A stretch of 64,000 bases of DNA from NCBI RefSeq assembly GCF_009914755.1, contig NC_060933.1; one strand, 5' to 3'. Source of the DNA: the human T2T-CHM13v2.0 reference genome, Homo sapiens. The position numbers were made by a program, and so were the translations under genes. The notes under the pieces were generated by a model. It made no database searches. It saw only the letters and a list, made by a program, of their open reading frames with translations, and had not been told where the DNA came from. Shown in pieces: positions 1 through 64,000 of the stretch. Position 1 is the first letter of the stretch, and each line of letters starts with the position of its first letter.

Positions 1-250
1 ATGAAATATTTATTGAACACCTACTGTGGGCCAGGCCAGGGCCCATGCTGAACTGGGGCATGCCGGGGACCTGGGCACACCTGGCTCCTTCCCTCACGGA
101 GCCATCAGACAGCATAATGACAGGCGTGGTAAACTGCAGAGTGGCATGGGAAGCATGTAATGGGAGGCAGGGTATTGCCTAGGGCAGCAGGGAAGGCTTC
201 CCTGAGTGCAGCAAAGGTGTGTGCCGGGGATGAGGCAGACAGGTGAGGCC
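1..250 (-). mobile_element. L2 LINE 3' fragment
   Basis: atatttattgaacacctactgtgggccagg is the reverse complement of the L2 3' end; boundaries approximate. Confidence 0.7.
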
Positions 251-754
251 TGGGAACTGGCATTATTCCTGGCACTCCCTATCAGATGCCCTTTGGTCTC
301 TCTGGGCAGCCCTCTGCCCCCTGGGCCCCTCTTGCTTCTCCCCACCACTCTGACATCTGCGTGCGCCTCACTGCAGGGGCTCAAGCCAGATGGATGTCAT
401 AAACAGGAAATTCCCCTCAAACCTCTCCACTCTCATCTGGGCGCTGCGTGGAGCCATCTGGCCGTGCACGTCGCGATGAAGTCTGCCCCGCTCATCACAC
501 CACGTGCCCAACAGCAGCCTGTTCCTCGGAGACTCTGTGGCCTCCTCCCTTTCTCCCATCTCTCCGCTGCCGCCTCCCCTTCCCTGCTGGGCTGCAGCCC
601 CCAAACCTCCCACTGAGCTTCTGGGAATGTAGCGGGAGAGTGGTAGGGGGCAGAAGGAGCAGGTGGTAGGCTGCCCTCGAAACCCCAGGCCCATAGCTGC
701 AGCTTCACCTTTTCCCTGAGTCTCCGCAGAGCATGCGCAGGGTCATGATAAGGC

Positions 755-1250
755 ATCTCTCTGTGCCAGGTCTGAGCAGGTCCTGGAGATACCAAGAGAA
801 ATAAGACGGATGTCCCCTTGGAGCCACAGGCAGGCAGGTGACAGGTGGTGACAAGCCAGTGTGGTGAAGGCTTTGATGGCAGGATGTTCAGGAAGCTGTG
901 GGAGCCTACAGGATGGACCTACCAGCCTGGGGCATCAAGTCAGCCTTCCTGGAGGAGGTGATGTCTCCGTATTGGAAGATGAATCAAGTATCATCCAGGT
1001 GAATGGGAAGTGCAGGTGTGTCCCAGGTAGAAGGAACAGCATGTGCCAAGGAGGGCTGGTGAGATGGGCCTGGCCCCCTGCGGAGGAACGGTGGTCCAGT
1101 GCCCCCATGCAGGGATGCAGGGGAGTTGGGGGTGGTCTGCGTAGGTCCACACAGGCCATAGTACTGTGCTTGGGTTTTGTCAGGGAGCAGTGGGCAGCCA
1201 CAGAGGGCTTGAGAGCAGGTGAGGATGTGGCCAGTTTGGCATTTAGAGCA
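755..1250 (-). mobile_element. L2 LINE fragment
   Basis: ttcctggaggaggtgatgtct...ccaggtagaaggaacagcatgtgccaagg L2 hallmarks; boundaries approximate. Confidence 0.7.
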
Positions 1251-1570
1251 GACACAGGCTCTGCTGGGCAGGTCCTGGATCCTTTGGCCTCAGCTTGTCC
1301 ATCTGTAAAATGGATTCCCCCATTTCTTCCTTGGTGATGTAGCAAGCAGAATCCTCCTTCTAGGAAATGATCTTGGATGCTCCTAAGAAAGATAAGATAC
1401 CCACTTTTATTGGTGTGAATTGTTAACACTTTTGGAAGTTTTTTTTTTTTTTTTTTTTTTTCAGAAGCCCCATTTCCTATCTTTTTAAGGGTTTGGTGAA
1501 GAGGGGAGTAGGGATTCTATGGTCCTTAAAGTTCTGGAGGGCAACTTCTCAGATTAGAGTCTGGAGCTGC

Positions 1571-1689
1571 TCTTTCTTTCTCTCTTTCTTTCTTTCTTTC
1601 TCTCTCTCTCTCTTCTCTCTTTCTCTCTCTTTCTCTTTCTCTCTCTCTCTTCTCTCTCTCTCTCTCTCCCTCTTCCTCTCTCTCTCTCT

Positions 1690-1722
<33 letters not shown>

Positions 1723-1740
1723 CCTCCCTCCCTCCCTCAC
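1571..1740. repeat. (CT)n-rich pyrimidine microsatellite, expanded tail of the adjacent antisense Alu
   Basis: about 170 nt of almost pure C/T. Confidence 0.95.
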
Positions 1741-1742
1741 CC

Positions 1743-1939
1743 TTTATTTTTCTTCACAGAGTCTTGCCCCGTTGCCCAGGCTGGAGTACAGTGGCACAAC
1801 CAGAGCTCTCAATCTCCTGGGCTTGAGTGATCCTCCCAACTCAGCCTCTCAATTAGCTGGGACCACAGGCATGTGCCACTATGCCCAGCTAGTTTTTTAT
1901 TTTTTGTAGAGATGAGGTCTCCTTGTGTTACCCAGACTG
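1743..1939 (-). mobile_element. AluJ-like, 5'-truncated
   Basis: gttgcccagggctggagtacagtggc...gtagagatgaggtctc. Confidence 0.9.
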
Positions 1940-2734
1940 TGTGCTGCCTTTTCAAATATGAAATGGGGTTCAGAGATGTTGACTGCCCTGCCTGGGGCTG
2001 CACAGCATGTCTGAAGCACAGTTGAACCTCGGATCCAGAACTCCAGTTTCTAGCCCAGACCTCTTCCTACTGGCCCACATCATCCCTGTTTGCCAGCCCA
2101 GGTGTTGCGATGAAATCTAGGGAGGGGACCGCATCCCAGCCTGGAGTGTGATTGAGTGTATAAGTTTCAGCATCAAATGGATTTGGCCGTTGATTGGTGG
2201 GTGTCGACATGTCAACATATTTAATTTTTTAAAAAGCTGTAGAAGAGAACATTCAAGCTGGAGTGGCAGACAGAGGAGAGCTACGCAGGGGAAATGTTTA
2301 CCCATTGCCAGGACACATACATATTTCTGTGGTGTCTTCTCGCGTATTCCTTTGCACTATAAAGACTGAGCAAACTGTTCAGGGCTGCCCAGCTGATTGA
2401 AGACTGCGGAGAGGTCCCAGACATTGGCTGGGGATTTGTGTCACACTAATAGCAAGGCAGTTTAGGTGACCTGGAGGAGGTGATGTCTCGGTATTGAAAG
2501 ATGAGCAGGTGTTATCCATATACTATGTCCTGGGCACCTCAGGCTTTGTGTGTGTGATATCAGTTCACACTAGATAAGGACACTGAAACTCAGGGAGATG
2601 GCGTCCTTGGCTCGAGGTCAGCCTGTAAGAGGCAGAATGGTGGTTCTCACCAGGACACCTGCCGTCAAAGACCCGCACCCATCTGCTCTGCCATGCTGCT
2701 TCTTGGGGAAGGGGCACGTCTTCATGTCCTCAGG

Positions 2735-2890
2735 CAGTGGTTCCCTGGAGGCGGTTCCGCAGCCATTAGTATCAGCTACCTAGGGCTTTTTAGTAAAACC
2801 CCAATTCCTACCTCCTCCATGGAATGAGTCTCTGGGTAGGGCCTGAGAATCAGCATGTTTCACATGCAGCTGGGAGAATCTGATGAGAAC
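2735..2890. mobile_element. MER5-like hAT DNA transposon fragment
   Basis: gagtctctgggtagggcctgagaatcagcatgttt...gaatctgatg resembles MER5. Confidence 0.6.
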
Positions 2891-3059
2891 CCCTCCCTTG
2901 CAAGGTGTGAGATCTTTGAGAGCAGAGGGTGTGAGCCTGTAGCCCAGGAGACCTGCTCCGGTGCATGTGAGACACATAGAGCAGTGAGTGAGTGAGAGAG
3001 AGAGAAAGGAAGGAAAGAAGGAAGGAGAAAGGAAGGAAAGAAGGAAGAGATAAAGATCT

Positions 3060-3260
3060 GAATGTTTAAATGTCCACTCAAAAGGGAGCAAGTTAATAAA
3101 CTGTGGTGTGATCATACAAGGGAATATTACACAACAGTCAAAAATGAGTTAATTAGCCCTACATATATACTCATGATGCTATTTATATCGTGATATAGCT
3201 CATGATGCAAGTTTTAAAACATGCAAAACTTTGTGTATTATTTATGCATGTGCTCTTGTC
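3060..3260 (+). mobile_element. Old L1M(E) 3' fragment
   Basis: aaatgtcca...aataaactgtggtgtgatcatacaagggaatattacaca. Confidence 0.65.
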
Positions 3261-4454
3261 TCCATGGAAGCAGCTGACCTTTGTTGAGGACCTCTCTGTT
3301 CCAGACGCCGTGTTATGAATTAGGCCATTCAGTTCTTTTGACAACCCTGTGAGCATTGAGCACAACTGATGGCTCTATTTTCCAAAATGAGATGGCTTAG
3401 GCACAGGAAGGGTGAGGTGACTTGCCCAACCTCACACAGCTAGCGCATGGCCTAGCAGGTTAGACCCAGGCAATCCAGCCCAGTGCCTGGGCTCTAGAGA
3501 CCACCACCCACTGTGTCATCCACAGCCATCCTCAGAGAACTTGTCCCAAGAGGCTGCTGGATGCTCGGGACAAAAGGATGGAGGGGGTGGCTGGAAAGGG
3601 GGTGTCATTGCACTACTCTGCAGATGGGGAGACAGAGTTCTCAGCTGGTAGCCCGAGAATTGCCGATGGTGTTGCCCTGTTTAATGACTGCATGGCCCGC
3701 GCTTTGCTCACCATGTCTCATGTGATCCTTGCAGCTGCCCCGCGAGGTGGGGGCTATGAGGACCCCTAAGAATTCTATAAGGGGCTCTGTGAGCCCCGTT
3801 TTGCAGAGGAGGAAATTGAAGCTCAGCAGAAAGCAAGGTGGGGGCCAGGCATCCCGGGCCTGCTGGGTTCTAGAGCCCAGCCAGTGAGCGCAGGGCCAGC
3901 GACTGGGCCTTGGAGTCCCCCACCCCCATGCTGGCTGCGTACTCTTGAGGCCAGCTAGGGTCAGTGGCCGCAGCTGTCCTCCCTATTTTATGGAGGCAGG
4001 AGCTGTGCGGAGCCAGCACATATGGCCCAGTGACATCATGTCTGCAGGGGGCCCTTGGGGTCCAGCCCAGCTGCAGGAGCCTGGCTGGGGGTCCTCGATC
4101 CCTGTGGGATGGGGGTGATGTGACTTTATCAAGCTGAGCCAGACTGGGGAGGACAACGATGGCAGCAGGGGTGGGGGCTCCACAGCTTCCTCCTGAGGAC
4201 CCTCAACACAGTTCTGGACGTAAGAGCACCAAGCGACTGCAGTCAGAGTCAGGCCGGCCCTGGCACCAGACCAGAGGGCCTCAGGGCTGCCAGCTTCTTC
4301 ATCCCACACACCGGGCAGGTGTGTGTGGCAGAGGAGGGGGAGTTGCCACCCACAGTCAACAGGTGTCAAGCGGTGGGCAGGTTCCTGGCCCTGGGCTGAG
4401 CCTGTGATAGACTCCGTTTACCAGCCCTGGCCCAGACACAGGCCGTCTTAGCAT

Positions 4455-4585
4455 GCCCATTTTACAGATGAGGAAATGGAGGCTCCAAGAGGTGAAGCAA
4501 CTTGCCTGAGGTCACACAGCTAGGAAGGATTTAGAGTTTAGACTCGAACCCAAGCCAGTGGACTCCTAGTCCAGTGCTCTTCTTC
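4455..4585 (-). mobile_element. MIR (representative; further MIR fragments near 1260, 1960, 2570, 3290, 6410, 6940, 7190, 8600, 9480, 19580, 20620, 30260, 31100, 41830, 42330, 62480)
   Basis: MIR core cccattttacagatgaggaaatggaggct...aacttgcctgaggtcacacagct. Confidence 0.85.
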
Positions 4586-4783
4586 TCTTACACCAGTAGG
4601 CGTGAGAACTGGCCCTGGCCTGGTGGTTCAGGGAGGATGGAGGTGGGGGTGGGGGTAGATGGTGGGTGCTGGCTCATTCTCAGAAGGCTTCCTGGGGGAG
4701 GTGGCTGGTTCAAGTTGGGTCTTGAAGCCTTTCCATGGGGGTGGGGTCAGTGGGGGTCTCACCAGTGCTCCTCATTCCCGCAG

Positions 4784-63293
<58,510 letters not shown>

Positions 63294-63339
63294 GTGGGAG
63301 AGGGAAGGGGTGGGCCTCAGGGAGGCTCTCAGGTGCCAC

Positions 63340-63800
63340 TTTGTGGGTTGCAAATCAAACTCACTTGGGCAATTGGAGCAGAAAAGTGACTTTATCATCA
63401 GGACGTGGGGTGTCTCAGAACACAAGGACAGGCCCACCACTCATGAAGGTCTCTTGCTTGTTTAACTTGATCAGAAGCCTTGATAGATGGGGCGGGGTAG
63501 AGGGGCATGAATGGATCTCATGAGATCTGATGGTTTTAAAGCTTCTCTCAGCTTCTCTCTGTGTAGGCTTCATCTCTTTCTCTCTCTTACCTTCTTCCTT
63601 GGTGAACATGGGAGAAACACACCCCCTGACAACCCCGTGGCCCCCAGCCCCAGGTTTACAGCTCCTCAGCTCACTAGCAAGTTGTCTGTGAATCCCAACT
63701 CTAAATTCCCAGGGCACAGAATGCCATTGGCCCAGCCTGAGTGATGTGTCCATCCCCCATCCAATCAACTGTGGCCAGGGGCGGGATTGCACAGTACAGA
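63340..63800. mobile_element. Old MaLR LTR (MLT1-like) remnant
   Basis: ggttgcaaatcaaactc...attggcccagcctgagtgatgtgtccatccc...ccaatcaactgtggccagggg. Confidence 0.55.
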
Positions 63801-64000
63801 CATGGCCCTTGGAAAGGGCATTTTTCAGATCTAGGGGCTGCTCTCAGGAAGAGCAGGGTGCTGCGCCTTCTGCGTCTCAGGAGAGGTCAAGCCCAGGAGG
63901 GTGCTGGAGATGCCCAAAGCAGCCCTTCTCTCCATCTTTCCAATGTTGGCTTGGGCTGTGGGGAGCTGCTCATGGCTCTGACCCCCTGACCTTGGCCTCA

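Noticed and set aside
1439-1500. T23-CAG cryptic acceptor
   Set aside because: Only a weak donor (TTG|GTGAAG) nearby; insufficient support.
2145-2225. TGATTGA / ATTGG motifs and near-palindrome gtcgacatgtcaac as a regulatory element
   Set aside because: Short motifs, poor p53 half-site match and no independent support from sequence alone.
4159-4225. Donor-like GAC|GTAAGA at 4220 as the missing N-half of D0
   Set aside because: No Ig-like peptide in any frame and no convincing acceptor; the real upstream exon lies outside the window.

Overview
Primate (most likely human) GC-rich genomic DNA lying entirely inside one large + strand gene, hemicentin-2 (HMCN2; 9q34 from prior knowledge). I reconstructed 51 consecutive GT-AG coding exons by hand (4784..63293; 7839 nt). 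Their intron phases all match, giving one uninterrupted frame of about 2613 codons. It encodes 27 complete tandem I-set immunoglobulin domains plus a half domain at each end; start and stop codons lie outside the window. Exon numbers below are window-local (E1-E51) and domains are D0-D28. Introns hold about 20 Alu/FLAM elements, MIR, L2, L1M, MER5/MER33/MER58 and MaLR LTRs. They also hold a 1.5-kb TG-rich tract, three (GGAT)/(ATCC) arrays, a G-rich minisatellite and a 23-bp minisatellite that forms a splice-acceptor tract. There are no prokaryotic features, and ORF-track entries outside exons are artefacts. The strongest leads concern splicing and are all untested inferences. (1) The UG tract is bracketed by two candidate TDP-43-type cryptic exons, one poison and one in frame. 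(2) Inverted GGAT/ATCC arrays tightly flank exactly two Ig domains. (3) One Ig domain has paired extra cysteines. (4) Shared intron positions would allow chimeric but complete domains.
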